Part shown: positions 15,537 through 26,418 of the stretch, piece after piece
Position numbering within the stretch: the first letter of the stretch is position 1
How the letters are laid out: every line of letters begins with the position of its first letter
Made by a program: the position numbers and the translations under genes
Source: Akkermansiaceae bacterium
Lineage (GTDB): Bacteria > Verrucomicrobiota > Verrucomicrobiia > Verrucomicrobiales > Akkermansiaceae
NCBI GenBank assembly: GCA_043758615.1
Contig: JAYVNE010000199.1
Coordinates: 5 to 64,004, forward strand
Direction of reading: 5' to 3'
Length of the DNA: 64,000 nucleotides
The notes under the pieces: model-generated
What the model saw: the letters and a program-made list of their open reading frames with translations, nothing else
What the model was told of the DNA's origin: nothing
Database searches by the model: none

Positions 15537-18098
15537 CTATTTGAACTTCGCGTCCTGTTGATTTCCGCCGGAGAGCATGTAGGCGAAAAGATCTAGCAGT
15601 TCATCTTTGTTAAGGGCGGTGAGCAAGCCAGGAGGCATTATGGAAATGTTAGATCGCTGGCGGCTCTTCACATTCGCGACATCCACGGTGGTGAGACTAT
15701 TAGGGGCGAGGGCGCTGGTCATGACGAAAAGCTTGCCATTTTCCTCAACGACGACACGGCCGACGACGATGTTGCCGTCCTTGAAATTGAGCTGCTCACT
15801 GGGGTATTGATCGCTGATGACATTGGAGGGATTGACGATGTTTTCCGCCAGGCCCCTAACAGTATATCGCCTGCCGGATTCAGTTAAATCAGGACCACTG
15901 TTCCCACCAGCGCCACCGAAGTGATGGCAGTTGATACAAAGCTGTGAGGTGAACATGGCTTTGCCTTGTTCAAAGTTACGTCCTTTGAGTCCGTCTTTGG
16001 CGAGGGTAGCGATTTCCTCGGCGGTGTAGTCCTTGCCGGGGCCTTTGGGCATGATAATGTTAGGTGGCGCTGCAATAGGAGCTTTTTTAGAAAGCTGTTC
16101 GAGGGCGGTGCGTTCGGTTTCATCGGTGACGCAGTTCTTTAAGGATTCCTTGCGGATGACCTCAAGGAAGCCTCTGAAGCTGTTGCCGCCGTGCCACTTG
16201 GCCGTGTGAGGGAACCAGCCAAAGTAGGATTTACGCAGCTCGGGGCTCCAGCCAACCTTGGCCTCGCGGAGGGCGTAGGCGTAGGCAATAGCCTGACGGT
16301 TCGGGTGGCTTTCGTGCATGCCCTCGATGGCTTTGGAGTAATGATCGTTACGGGAGAGCACAGCATCGGTGGTAATACTGATGTCAGTGTCCTGGACGGT
16401 ATCAAGCTGGGGCACGGTTTTGGCGACGATACTGCGGGAGTCCAGATAGACGAGGAGGCTAACAAGCTCGCGGTTCACAAGCGGATTAGTGTTAGGAAAA
16501 AGCGGATCGAAGCGAGTGACAAGTTTCTCGCAGATTTCTGGAGCAGGCTTGCCCATGCGGGTAAAAACGAGCTGCCACGCGCGGAGGTAGGGAAGCTGAA
16601 GTTCTGCGGGGAGATTGGCGAAATCAAACCTCTCGAGGGAGACGACAAGTTTCGGCTGGAGCGCCTTATCACCCACGCGGGCGAGGGCGATGAGTGCCTC
16701 GATGGCGGCTTGAGGATGGGTTTCGGCGAGGGCTTTTTCCGCCCATGCGTCCGAGGGCTGGCGCTCGATGGCTTCGCGGGCGGCATAGCGGAGGAACCGA
16801 TCCTTGCTCGCAAGGGATGGCCAAGCTTGGGCGGTGGCATCCAGACCGGTGCCGGGTTCCTGTAGTGTTTCCAGATGGTGACGGAGTTTCGACTCAGGAG
16901 TGGGCGCGACTTTCGCGGCGGGGGCAGTGCTTTCTGAGCCGATGTAGGTCACCCGATAGAGTGCGGATTGGCTCTTGCGTCCGCCGATGGTGAAATACAT
17001 GGCGCCGTCCTCACGGCGGATAATGGCATCGGTGAATGGCATGGGTTTGCCGCTGACAAATTCCTCCTTCTCGGCCTTAAAGCTCGCGCCATCAGGATTT
17101 AAATGGATCGCCCAGAGCGTCCCGAAGGTCCAATCTAGGGCGAAGAGCGCGCGTTGGTATTTCGCAGGAAACTTCGCGCCGGTGCCAAAAATGGTGCCCG
17201 TGGGCGAGCCTGGGCCGATGTCGATCACGGCAGGTAGGGAGTCGGCATAATAGGCGGGCCAACGGCCTGCACCGGAGCGCCAACCATAGTCACCGCCGCT
17301 GACGATGTGGTTGATGCGTGTGGGCATATACCAAGGGGTGCCCATGTCCCACTCCATGTCGGAGTCGTCGGTAAACAGCTCGCCATTTGCATCGAAGGCG
17401 ATGTCATACGAGTTCCGGAATCCACCGGCGAAGAGTTCGACGCGTTTGCCGTCCGGGTCCATTTTACAAACATATCCGCCGGGCGCGAGGATCCCCCTGC
17501 CGTGGCCGTTAGGATCCCAAAGACGGGTGATCAAGTGGTCCTCGCCCATCGAGAAAGGGCGGATCACATCAAGATTTTCCGGAGGTTTAGTATGATTTCC
17601 ATTCACGAAGTAAATCGAGTTTCCATCAGGCCCGAGAACGAGGGCGTGAGTGCCATGCTCGCCGCCGCCGTCGCATTTCCGTAAATACTCGGCCGTGTCG
17701 AACTGGTCATCCCCATCATTATCACGCAAGCGCCAGATCCCTTTGCCCTCCATTTCGTTGACCATCACATAGAGACTATTGAAGGCATAAAGCAGACCGT
17801 GGGCACCGCCGATAGGCTTACCATTACTGCCGTTAGGGATTTTCAAATGCTCCACTTGCGGTACGTCGTTACTGCCAGTGATAGGTAGGGTGACGCGATA
17901 AAGTCCGCCGTATTGGTCGCTAGCGATGAGGCGGCCCTTGTTGTCTTCTGTGAGGGCGACCCATGATCCCTGTTCTCTCGGCACTTCGTAGATGAGCTCT
18001 GCGGCGAATCCGGGAGCTAATTGCATTTTTTCGGTTGCAAGTATGTTAGATAACATTGCAAAACCGAGAGTGCAGACGCAAATCAGGGTGCGGTTCAT
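15537..18098 (-). CDS. PVC-type heme-binding (CxxCH) protein with sorbosone-dehydrogenase-like propeller
   Basis: Signal peptide; GGGEHGTHAL, GFRNSYD, DSDMEWDMG motifs; CINCHH heme site; GPDLT…IVNPS…ISDQY. Confidence 0.85.
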   Translation of the reverse strand: MNRTLICVCTLGFAMLSNILATEKMQLAPGFAAELIYEVPREQGSWVALTEDNKGRLIASDQYGGLYRVTLPITGSNDVPQVEHLKIPNGSNGKPIGGAHGLLYAFNSLYVMVNEMEGKGIWRLRDNDGDDQFDTAEYLRKCDGGGEHGTHALVLGPDGNSIYFVNGNHTKPPENLDVIRPFSMGEDHLITRLWDPNGHGRGILAPGGYVCKMDPDGKRVELFAGGFRNSYDIAFDANGELFTDDSDMEWDMGTPWYMPTRINHIVSGGDYGWRSGAGRWPAYYADSLPAVIDIGPGSPTGTIFGTGAKFPAKYQRALFALDWTFGTLWAIHLNPDGASFKAEKEEFVSGKPMPFTDAIIRREDGAMYFTIGGRKSQSALYRVTYIGSESTAPAAKVAPTPESKLRHHLETLQEPGTGLDATAQAWPSLASKDRFLRYAAREAIERQPSDAWAEKALAETHPQAAIEALIALARVGDKALQPKLVVSLERFDFANLPAELQLPYLRAWQLVFTRMGKPAPEICEKLVTRFDPLFPNTNPLVNRELVSLLVYLDSRSIVAKTVPQLDTVQDTDISITTDAVLSRNDHYSKAIEGMHESHPNRQAIAYAYALREAKVGWSPELRKSYFGWFPHTAKWHGGNSFRGFLEVIRKESLKNCVTDETERTALEQLSKKAPIAAPPNIIMPKGPGKDYTAEEIATLAKDGLKGRNFEQGKAMFTSQLCINCHHFGGAGGNSGPDLTESGRRYTVRGLAENIVNPSNVISDQYPSEQLNFKDGNIVVGRVVVEENGKLFVMTSALAPNSLTTVDVANVKSRQRSNISIMPPGLLTALNKDELLDLFAYMLSGGNQQDAKFK

Positions 18099-18233
18099 GA
18101 GCGCGGAAAATGATGCATGTTTGATAGGACGAATGGTTTAGGTGTTATACGCCAGACCGATCTCATTATTTTCACAATGACAGGAACTTCTTACAAATGC
18201 AGGAATTACCTCCCCATGGGCGAGGCTGATCCG

Positions 18234-19358
18234 TTAGACAAAGAACACGCGCTGGATGACCCAAGCAAAACCGCAGATGGCGACGAAGATGGAGCCATAC
18301 TTCCGGACTTCATTTTTCCATGGTTGCATCGGCAGGAGAAGGATGAAAGCGGCGATGATCACGGTGATCTGCGCAAGCTCGACGCCGACATTGAAGCCGA
18401 TGAGCGGCATGATGAGCTTGCTCTGCGGGATGCCACTGAGCTTTTCACGGAGGCCGCTCGCAAAGCCGAGGCCGTGGATGAGACCAAAGGCGAAAACAAG
18501 GATGTAGCGCTGCTTGCTGATCGTGCGAATGAGTAAGTTTTCGACACCGATCCATGCGATACTCATCGCAACCATGATGTTCACGAAATTCATCGAGACA
18601 TTCGCGAACCCATACACGGAGAGCGCGAGCGTGAGAGAATGGGCAAGGGTGAATAACAGCGATTGTTCGAGAAGAGATTTCCATTTCGGGACTAACAGAA
18701 ACATACCCAAGATGAAAAGAATGTGATCAAAGCCGGTGGGAAGGACGTGGTGAAATCCTGATAGCATCCAGCCGCTGGTCTCAGGTTGTCTAGCAGGCGG
18801 AGGGGCTTCGGCGCTCTGAGGGACGTTCAGCAGCAGAACGGTGCCGCCGGGAAGAGTGCTTGTGATTTTCGGATTGTCCCCCTCTTCGATGAGGATGATG
18901 AGCTCGGTTTCCTGCTCGCCAGACCAGTGGGCGCGCAGCTCGCCGCCGCCGGGCGCGGGATCGAAAATCAATCGGGTGGTGATCAGTGCCACATCGCCAT
19001 CTTCGGGTGGCAAGGCGAGCGGCGTTTTTTGGAAATCCGGAAACTCGACACGCCACGGGATGTCCTTTCCGGCGAAGGTGAAACGCAAGAGTTTGCGGAG
19101 CGTGTTCTCCGTCTCCTTGCGGATGCGGGCGAATTCCTCGGGTGAGGATTTCATCACAGCGGCACGGCTTAGGGGCGGGCCACCGGGAATATTGCGGGTC
19201 TCGGGAAGCATGTAGGCGATGTCCATTTCACCGAGCAAACACCATTGTTTTTCCTCCTGAATGAATTCCAGTTCGACGCTCGGGACCTGATGGGCGTGGA
19301 GATGCGGCGACGAGAAAAGAACTCCTATGAAACAGATGACAACACAGTAAAACTTCAT
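18234..19358 (-). CDS. HupE/UreJ-family membrane protein
   Basis: GFHHVLPTGFDHILF, FTLAHSLTL, FGLIHGLGFA, FNVGVELAQ; start codon inferred. Confidence 0.85.
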   Translation of the reverse strand: MKFYCVVICFIGVLFSSPHLHAHQVPSVELEFIQEEKQWCLLGEMDIAYMLPETRNIPGGPPLSRAAVMKSSPEEFARIRKETENTLRKLLRFTFAGKDIPWRVEFPDFQKTPLALPPEDGDVALITTRLIFDPAPGGGELRAHWSGEQETELIILIEEGDNPKITSTLPGGTVLLLNVPQSAEAPPPARQPETSGWMLSGFHHVLPTGFDHILFILGMFLLVPKWKSLLEQSLLFTLAHSLTLALSVYGFANVSMNFVNIMVAMSIAWIGVENLLIRTISKQRYILVFAFGLIHGLGFASGLREKLSGIPQSKLIMPLIGFNVGVELAQITVIIAAFILLLPMQPWKNEVRKYGSIFVAICGFAWVIQRVFFV

Positions 19359-19517
19359 AGGCATGCAGGAATGATCGCTAGCGTCGCTGGACCGCCTGCG
19401 TTTGCAAGGAAACATCCGGGCCACATCGACGGGGTGAATTGACCGAAAATCACCGCTGAAAAAACCGAAAACTCACTGCTTTACAAGGTCGGAAGTGCCA
19501 CCCATAGTCCCGCGCCC

Positions 19518-20072
19518 ATGACTTTTGCTGCGATTGACTGGCTTTCCATTAGCATAAACCTCCTGTTGGTGATCTTTGTGATCGTCTGCCTTTTGATGAC
19601 TTTGCTGATCCTGATGCAACGTCCAAAACAAGAAGGGCTGGGAGCTGCATTCGGCGGAGGTGTGACGGACCAAGTGTTCGGTGCTCGCACGACCAATGTT
19701 TTGCAACGCGGCACGGTTTACCTCGGCTCAATGTTTTTCATCCTGAGCCTGACGCTCGCCGTATTGATCGGCCATCAGAACAAGCAGAAGAGCATGTTAC
19801 TCCCGAAAACAAGCGCAGCCAAAGTGAAGGCAATCCAGCCCGAGCCACCGAAAGCGCCTGCCACGCCGAAATCGCTCGTCGAAGAACTTCCTGCCGATGT
19901 GCAGACTCCGCCGCAAACCCCTGCGGAAGTCCCGGCCGATGCGCCCGCAACTGCACCTGCTACCCCTCCGGCCCCTACCTTGGAAACGCCTCCCGCCCCA
20001 CCGGCTGAGGTCGTTCCACCCGCTGAGCCAGCGCCTGCACCTGCGGGCACTGATGCTCCGAAAGAAAAATAA
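19518..20072 (+). CDS. secG: Preprotein translocase subunit SecG with Pro-rich tail
   Basis: LILMQRPKQEGLGAAFGGG…FGARTTNVLQRGT. Confidence 0.92.
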   Translation: MTFAAIDWLSISINLLLVIFVIVCLLMTLLILMQRPKQEGLGAAFGGGVTDQVFGARTTNVLQRGTVYLGSMFFILSLTLAVLIGHQNKQKSMLLPKTSAAKVKAIQPEPPKAPATPKSLVEELPADVQTPPQTPAEVPADAPATAPATPPAPTLETPPAPPAEVVPPAEPAPAPAGTDAPKEK

Positions 20073-20096
20073 TCTGGGCCTTGGCGCTCTCACCCA

Positions 20097-21392
20097 GTGA
20101 TGGCGACGCTTCAAGACAAACCCGACGTCCCCATTTGGGCACGGGACGATGCTTTTCCGGAAGCCCCACGAGGATGGGGTTGGGTGGATGCGAAACGCAA
20201 AACTCATCCCTGCGATTCTCGGGAAAAATTAGCCGCTGCGATCCGCGAGGACCGCGATAGCAGCGTGACTCTGGTATGGACTCCAGAAAACCCGCGAATG
20301 ATTCTGCCAGAAGAACTCACGGGGATGGGCGACGCGCTTCGAACCGCCCGTGCACGCTGGGCGCGGGATGACCTCGATGACGCAAAACACAAGATCCGCT
20401 GGTTTGGAACGGTGCTGCTTGGTCTCGGGGCATACACGTTTTACCGGGGATTCATCCATGCCGGGCAGGTCACGGCGGGCACCGGTGACACGCTCGGTTT
20501 CGCCCAACGCATCAAATTTGCCACGAGCTACATTTTGGATTCCGGTGAGTCGGGATTGGCGCTGCTGTTATTTCTGATTTTCGCTTTCATCCCGTGGTAT
20601 CAGGCGCAAAAACGCCTCAAAAAACTTCATCGATGGGATGACGCCGGAATCGCCGCTGCCGTGCCTGCGATGCGATTTGAAACATGGCTGGAACGACAAC
20701 CGGCACCCCTAACAACGGTCTTGCTCGGCTTGATGGTCTTGGTCGGATTGGCACAATTGTTTTGCCATGTCAAAAGCTCCGGTTGGGGATCGCTGATGGC
20801 GGTTTTCCACAACTGGGATGGGATCACCCAGGCCGGACTGATGAAGGATCGCTACGCCCACGGTGAATGGTGGCGGCTATTCACCGCGCCACTTCTTCAT
20901 GGAAATGTGGTGCATTTCCTGATGAATGCATCGGCCCTCGCTTATCTCGGAAAACGGTTAGAAGTGTTTGCCCGCTGGCCGCATTTGACCATGGTTTTCC
21001 TATTTTCCGCATGCGCCGGTGGCGTGGCTTCGGCGCGTTTCGTGGCAGCACCGACGGTGGGAGCATCCGGCGGGCTGATGGGCTGGCTTGGATTTTTGTT
21101 AGTATTTGAAACACTCCACAAGTCCTTGGTGCCATTGAGCGCAAGACGCCGCCTCGCAGCCGGGGTATTTCTAACGGCGCTGATCGGACTCGTCGGCTAC
21201 CGCTATGTGGACAACGCGGCGCACGCCGGCGGCCTGCTGGCGGGCATGCTTTACGCGGTGGTCGTTTTCCCGAAATCCTCCTCCACCCAGCGGCCTAACT
21301 CGACCGCTACCGACCGGATCGTGGGCGGAGCCTGCCTGGCCGTGCTGGCAGCGTCGGCCTTCCTAGCAGCCTCGCGGATTATCGGCGGGTGA
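20097..21392 (+). CDS. Rhomboid-family intramembrane serine protease
   Basis: WWRLFTAPLLHGNVVHFLMN, GASGG, DNAAHAGG. Confidence 0.9.
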   Translation: MMATLQDKPDVPIWARDDAFPEAPRGWGWVDAKRKTHPCDSREKLAAAIREDRDSSVTLVWTPENPRMILPEELTGMGDALRTARARWARDDLDDAKHKIRWFGTVLLGLGAYTFYRGFIHAGQVTAGTGDTLGFAQRIKFATSYILDSGESGLALLLFLIFAFIPWYQAQKRLKKLHRWDDAGIAAAVPAMRFETWLERQPAPLTTVLLGLMVLVGLAQLFCHVKSSGWGSLMAVFHNWDGITQAGLMKDRYAHGEWWRLFTAPLLHGNVVHFLMNASALAYLGKRLEVFARWPHLTMVFLFSACAGGVASARFVAAPTVGASGGLMGWLGFLLVFETLHKSLVPLSARRRLAAGVFLTALIGLVGYRYVDNAAHAGGLLAGMLYAVVVFPKSSSTQRPNSTATDRIVGGACLAVLAASAFLAASRIIGG

Positions 21393-22481
21393 AATGGCTT
21401 TGCGGGCGAGCACGGGTTTCTCAATCAGATGCCAACTTAGGAGACCCAGCACGGCCGTAGTTAGAAAAACGATTGGTATGGCATTGAGCGTTTTAAGATA
21501 TCCCATTTCGACAAGAGCATTGATGACCAATGAATGATAGATATAAATTCCGTAGGAGATATCCGTGCCGCAGAGCAGGCGGCGCGTTAGCGACTTGGCG
21601 CTATAGGCCCCAGAGATCGTTGCAAATCCCAAGAGAATGCGAGCTGGCAGCAGCAGGAGATAGAATAGCACTGAGAATTCAGGGGCAAAGTATCCGATGA
21701 CCGTTGCCAATAGCAGATAAGCGCCAATATAATAAAAGAATTTACCCTCCAGAAAACTCCGCAGACGCTCAAAATAGCGGTGGATGAAAATCCCCACCAT
21801 AAACATCCAAAGATGGGGAAATAGGGTATTGTAAAGCAGCTTGAAAGCGAAGGGGGCACCGGTAAATCCTCCCGGACCGTTCACTTTGACATTCATGACG
21901 CAGTAGGCGGCGTAGGAGGCGAGAAAGAGGGACGAGAGTAATAACCTTGTTAGTTTCTTCCACGTTCTCGAACGGTAAACCACAGCGTATAGGAGCGGAA
22001 CAAACAGATAGAATTGCAACTCCACCGTGATCGTCCATAACGCGCCGTTAGCGACTCCGATCCCGAAGCCTCGGAATTGATCTGGATTGAAAAACTGGAG
22101 AAAGCTCACCTGCCCTAGCAGCCAGGCCACAAACGTCCCGGATTTCAGAAAAGAAACCGGAAGAAATCCAAAACTCCCGAGGAGCATCAATGTCACCCCC
22201 AGACAAACCCAGAGCGCCGGGAAAATCCGCAGCGATCGATTCCGAAAATATCCCGCAAGGTCCCCGCCGCATCGTTCATAAGAGCGAGCGATGAGAAATC
22301 CGCTGATCACGAAAAAGATCGGCACACCCGGCAACCACGCCATGAGGCTGAAAACATGCCTCTGCCACTCCGGCAGTGTTTCGCGCAGCCCCGTATGCTC
22401 CACCGCATGCAACAGCACCACTTGTGTGGCAGCCACAAGGCGGATGAGATCGAAATTATTACTCCGGTGATCGGAAGGCAC
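21363..22481 (-). CDS. Acyltransferase-3 (OafA-like) polysaccharide O-acyltransferase
   Basis: NNFDLIRLVAA, GVPIFFVISGFLI, RSLRIFPAL, NGALWTITVELQFY, ISYGIYIYH, SWHLIEKP. Confidence 0.9.
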   Translation of the reverse strand: MPSDHRSNNFDLIRLVAATQVVLLHAVEHTGLRETLPEWQRHVFSLMAWLPGVPIFFVISGFLIARSYERCGGDLAGYFRNRSLRIFPALWVCLGVTLMLLGSFGFLPVSFLKSGTFVAWLLGQVSFLQFFNPDQFRGFGIGVANGALWTITVELQFYLFVPLLYAVVYRSRTWKKLTRLLLSSLFLASYAAYCVMNVKVNGPGGFTGAPFAFKLLYNTLFPHLWMFMVGIFIHRYFERLRSFLEGKFFYYIGAYLLLATVIGYFAPEFSVLFYLLLLPARILLGFATISGAYSAKSLTRRLLCGTDISYGIYIYHSLVINALVEMGYLKTLNAIPIVFLTTAVLGLLSWHLIEKPVLARKAISPADNPRGC

Positions 22482-22919
22482 GATCTTGTTTAATTTGGTG
22501 AAACGGTGGTGCCGTGTGAGGTGAACCCGAAAGTATGGTGGCGAGGTGCTCCAAAGTGATAAAAGATCATGGATTGGGAATCAAGAATGGAGTGGCATGG
22601 GACTCGAATTGGGCAGCCGCAGTGGAGTGCGGAGCTTGGAGCGGAGGCTGCTCAAATTCGCCGCGCCCGGGGATGCGGCTTCCGGGGTGGTCACGTAGGG
22701 GGGGGCGTTCTGCGGGCTTCGCGGGGTGGCAGTGTATCTAGCAGAAAATTCTATCGAGCTTACGCTAAAAAGACACTCTGCCTGATATTTTTCTCTATCA
22801 GAGGGCGGAGTTGCGTGACGGTAGTGTCACCTGAGTTTTTTGGAGAAAAACCGTGCTTGTGCGCGAAGACTCGCTGTAGCGCTTGAATTCTTTCTGCGGA
22901 TGGTAAAGGTTCTTGCCGC

Positions 22920-24017
22920 ATGAATTCCCCCCAACTGCGACCCGCGCCCGATAGGTTTCAAAAGCTCGACTATGTGGATGCCTTGCGGGGAATCGCCATC
23001 TTGCTGGTCATCTTCGTTCACACGGGCGGCAGGACACCCATAGGATCGTTGTTTGAGATCTGTTCGCGATACGGCCAATACGGGGTGCAGCTTTTCTTTG
23101 TGATGTCGGCCTTCACTTTGGCACTGTCGCTGGATCGGCTGCCTTCGCTGGGGCGGCGTGAATATGGGGATTTCATGCTGCGGCGGTTTTTTCGGATCGC
23201 GCCACTCTACTATCTTGGGATTTTGTTTTATGGCACATTCACGTTCATCTCATTCCGCTTGTTTCACTACACGCCCTTCACGCAGCCAAGCGACTACAGC
23301 GCGGTCAAAGTGTTCGCCAATTTTCTTTTCCTCCATGGGCTGATGCCGGAAGGGAATTCCGATGTCGTCCCCGGCGGATGGTCGATCGGGTGCGAGATGT
23401 TGTTTTACACAGTGGTGCCATTTCTATTTCTCGCTGCTAGGAAATGGCGCTGGGTGCTCGTGTGGGCGCTGGTTCTGGCCTTTGGGCTTACCTTGGCGCT
23501 TCATCATCTCGCCGCGCAGGTGCTCCACTTTCCGACAGGGCTGAACTCTTCTACCTATTTTTCCATCGTGTGCCAATTTCCGACATTTGTCGCCGGCATC
23601 TGTTACTTTTTCTATCATGGGAATCCCAATTTCAGGAGGGCCATACTGCTGCTCGGTCTGCCGAGTACCGCGTTGCTCGTACTCGCGCATGATCACCCGT
23701 GGGGCTGAATCGTGGCTCCTTATCTAGCAGGTCTGGCATCGGTGGCTCTCGCCTGTGCGTTGGAGCATTGTAGAATCCCCGTGGTTTTGAGAAGGATCGG
23801 TCAGATTTCGTTCTCTATGTATCTATGGCATTTTGTGGTGATTTGGATGCTGAACTTCGTGATCAAGAAGTTTCCGCCTCCGCCTTCGGAAATCACTAAC
23901 TGCCTCCAATATGCCGTAGTCCTGGCCCTAACGGTGGGCGTTTCGATGCTGTCTTACCGCTGGGTGGAAAAGCCCGGAATTAGACTGGGTCATGCCGTGA
24001 TCGCTCGTCGAGGCTGA
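22920..24017 (+). pseudogene. Acyltransferase-3 with in-frame TGA at 23706-23708
   Basis: VDALRGIAILLV, GVQLFFVMS, RRFFRIAPLY, WSIGCEMLFY; ORF 23712-24017 continues in the same frame (GQISFSMYLWH…SYRWVEKP). Confidence 0.88.
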
Positions 24018-24033
24018 CCTAACGGAGCGGTTT

Positions 24034-25380
24034 TCAATTTATGGATGTCGATAGCGGTCGCGAAGTCGCGTGGATCCACGATGACCGCACGATAAAGGCC
24101 TGCGGCAAGCCCACCATGAGGCCATAGAGCACTCCAACGAGCCTTTCCTGAAAAGGATTTGAAGTTAGAGTCTCACTCAGTAGGCAGCAGGTCGCGACGA
24201 ATGGTAGGAAGGCGAGCCACTGGTCCGGCCCGGGGTCCGATGCGTTCATCTTTGCCGCAATCAGGCTCAGGCTGGAGGCGGTTCCGAAAAGCACCAAATA
24301 AGAAACCAGCGCGATCACCCCGCCTGATAGAAGGCTATAGGTCCAGATGGAATGACCCGCAAACCACATGCCATCGAAATTGTCATCGTCGCTAGGAATC
24401 ACGAGATTGATTTCCGATAGGTAGGCGCGGTCCCAGTAGTAGCTGGAACCAATGCCTTTTCCATTGATGAAATGCACGGGGTCTTCGCGGAGAATTTTCA
24501 TCATCGCGTCTGCCTCTGCCATGCGCGTGAGGTAAGAAATATCCGCGCTGAGATTCTGCGTCGCTGTATTATGAAACAAGCGCTCGCCCCAGCGTTCCAG
24601 CACCACTGGCTGGAAGACCGCAACGCCCGCGATGGCCACTACGACTAACATCCCTGCTGCTGCGACGGGGATAAGACGCTTCCAAATACTCGTCCACGCG
24701 AACTGCCCCCACCTAACACAAAGCACAAAGCAGATCATCGCAGCAAACCCCGCCATGAGCACTGGGAAGAATAGCGAGCGTGTAATAGTGATTAAGATGC
24801 CGGAGAAAATAATCCCGCTTGCCACCAAGATCCCCCAGTGAAATCGCGTTCGTAGCAACATGGCACAAGCGATCCACGCTGCGATCCAGCCATTCGCCGG
24901 ACTCAACACTTCCAGCCGCGCCGTTTCCAAAGTGACGCCCGTGACGAATAGCCCGTAAAAGATTTTCCAAATGACATTCACACATGCCGCAATGAGCAAG
25001 GGCCTAACAATCCGCGTTGGCGATAGCCCTGCACACCCAGCGATGTGCGAATTCATCATGCTGAACAAACAAAGGATCAAAGGTAAAATCACGCGGACCG
25101 AGCGGGCTAGCGGCACTCCCTGAAGCGTTGCATTTGCCAGCATGAAGGCGATGAACATGGCCCAAAATCCAATCACCCAAGCTCCAGGTCTCACTAACAG
25201 AAATCGACGCCCGATGATCACCATCGCGAAAGTCGAACAGACGCTCAGTATCAGGAAAATCACTTGGTCCAGCCCCGTGCTACCACCGCTCGTTCCGGAA
25301 ATTTCGTTCCGATGATCCAGCGCGAAGGAAAGCACGAAAACCCACAGCAGACGTTCGATCCAAACGGCGTTTTGCGCCAT
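24034..25380 (-). CDS. Wzy/O-antigen ligase-like polytopic membrane protein
   Basis: About 10-12 hydrophobic segments, LITITRS, a periplasmic loop with TRMAE…GKGIG and GHSIWTY; adjacent to acyltransferases. Family assignment is inferred. Confidence 0.6.
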   Translation of the reverse strand: MAQNAVWIERLLWVFVLSFALDHRNEISGTSGGSTGLDQVIFLILSVCSTFAMVIIGRRFLLVRPGAWVIGFWAMFIAFMLANATLQGVPLARSVRVILPLILCLFSMMNSHIAGCAGLSPTRIVRPLLIAACVNVIWKIFYGLFVTGVTLETARLEVLSPANGWIAAWIACAMLLRTRFHWGILVASGIIFSGILITITRSLFFPVLMAGFAAMICFVLCVRWGQFAWTSIWKRLIPVAAAGMLVVVAIAGVAVFQPVVLERWGERLFHNTATQNLSADISYLTRMAEADAMMKILREDPVHFINGKGIGSSYYWDRAYLSEINLVIPSDDDNFDGMWFAGHSIWTYSLLSGGVIALVSYLVLFGTASSLSLIAAKMNASDPGPDQWLAFLPFVATCCLLSETLTSNPFQERLVGVLYGLMVGLPQAFIVRSSWIHATSRPLSTSIN

Positions 25381-25722
25381 AGGAATGAATATGTGGTCGG
25401 GGGGATCTGGTTTAAAAAAAATCACGGAGTCCGGAAATGCCGGGTAAGTGAGCAGGGAGGTGGAATCGCTTAGGCTTGACGAATATGGCAAAGCACTACC
25501 GATTTGATGTTATGCGCCCCCCAAAAACTGTCAATGCCGTCACCACACGTGATCGCGGAGGCGTGTTGCCTCATTGAAGCTCTGGCATTTTTGGCAATAC
25601 GGGGAAAGACTCGCAAAAAGGATACCGTCGAACTTATTGACCGCACGAATGAGCGTAGCCGCAGCGCAGCCTCTGGTTCTGCCGCAAAATGGAACGTCTC
25701 CCTTGAAGCGCAAACTTTCTAA

Positions 25723-26316
25723 TCACCTCCCCCGTAGAAGATTCCTTGATCCCCACAAATAATTCCAGCCGGAGATTACGGTTAGAGCGACCGCAGCCCA
25801 TAGGAAAATCGGTTGTAGCCAACCCCCTTCCGCATACGGGCGGGCGATGTGTTTTAGGGAATCTACCACGGGAAACATTTCTTTCGCTTTTTCACCCGTC
25901 AGCCAAATGAGGCCGGTGATGAGATAGGCGAGTTGAAAGGTGGTTTTCCATTTCCCCAAATTGTCTGCCGCCAGCACATGCCCCGCCTCGATGGCGATGG
26001 TGCGCAGACCGGTGACAAGGAATTCCCGCCCGATGATCAAGGCCGTCACCCACACCGGGCAAAGTCCGCGTTCGGTGAAAAAAATGAATGCCGCGCTTAC
26101 GAGGATTTTGTCCGCCAGCGGATCCATCAATTTTCCCAGCGGTGTGACGAGGCCCATTTTCCGCGCCAAGTAGCCGTCCAGCCAATCGCTCGCCGCCGCG
26201 ATGATGAAAAGCGTGAGGCCAATACCGTATCCAGGCAGATTGCGCTGAGACACCGCCACCACGAAGGCCGCAGTCATGATTAAACGCGAAAATGTGATGG
26301 CATTCGGTAAGTTCAC
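25723..26316 (-). CDS. pgsA: CDP-diacylglycerol--glycerol-3-phosphate 3-phosphatidyltransferase
   Basis: NLPNAITFSR; SDWLDGYLARK…TPLGKLMDPLADK CDP-alcohol phosphotransferase motif; GTG start inferred. Confidence 0.93.
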   Translation of the reverse strand: MNLPNAITFSRLIMTAAFVVAVSQRNLPGYGIGLTLFIIAAASDWLDGYLARKMGLVTPLGKLMDPLADKILVSAAFIFFTERGLCPVWVTALIIGREFLVTGLRTIAIEAGHVLAADNLGKWKTTFQLAYLITGLIWLTGEKAKEMFPVVDSLKHIARPYAEGGWLQPIFLWAAVALTVISGWNYLWGSRNLLRGR

Positions 26317-26418
26317 CCCCGCAATGTGCGAAATGCATGGAGAATTGGCAACAAGGGGTTGCACGAATGCACCTTTGCCCGTTACACCACGCTCCTCCCT
26401 ATTTAGAAACACTACATC

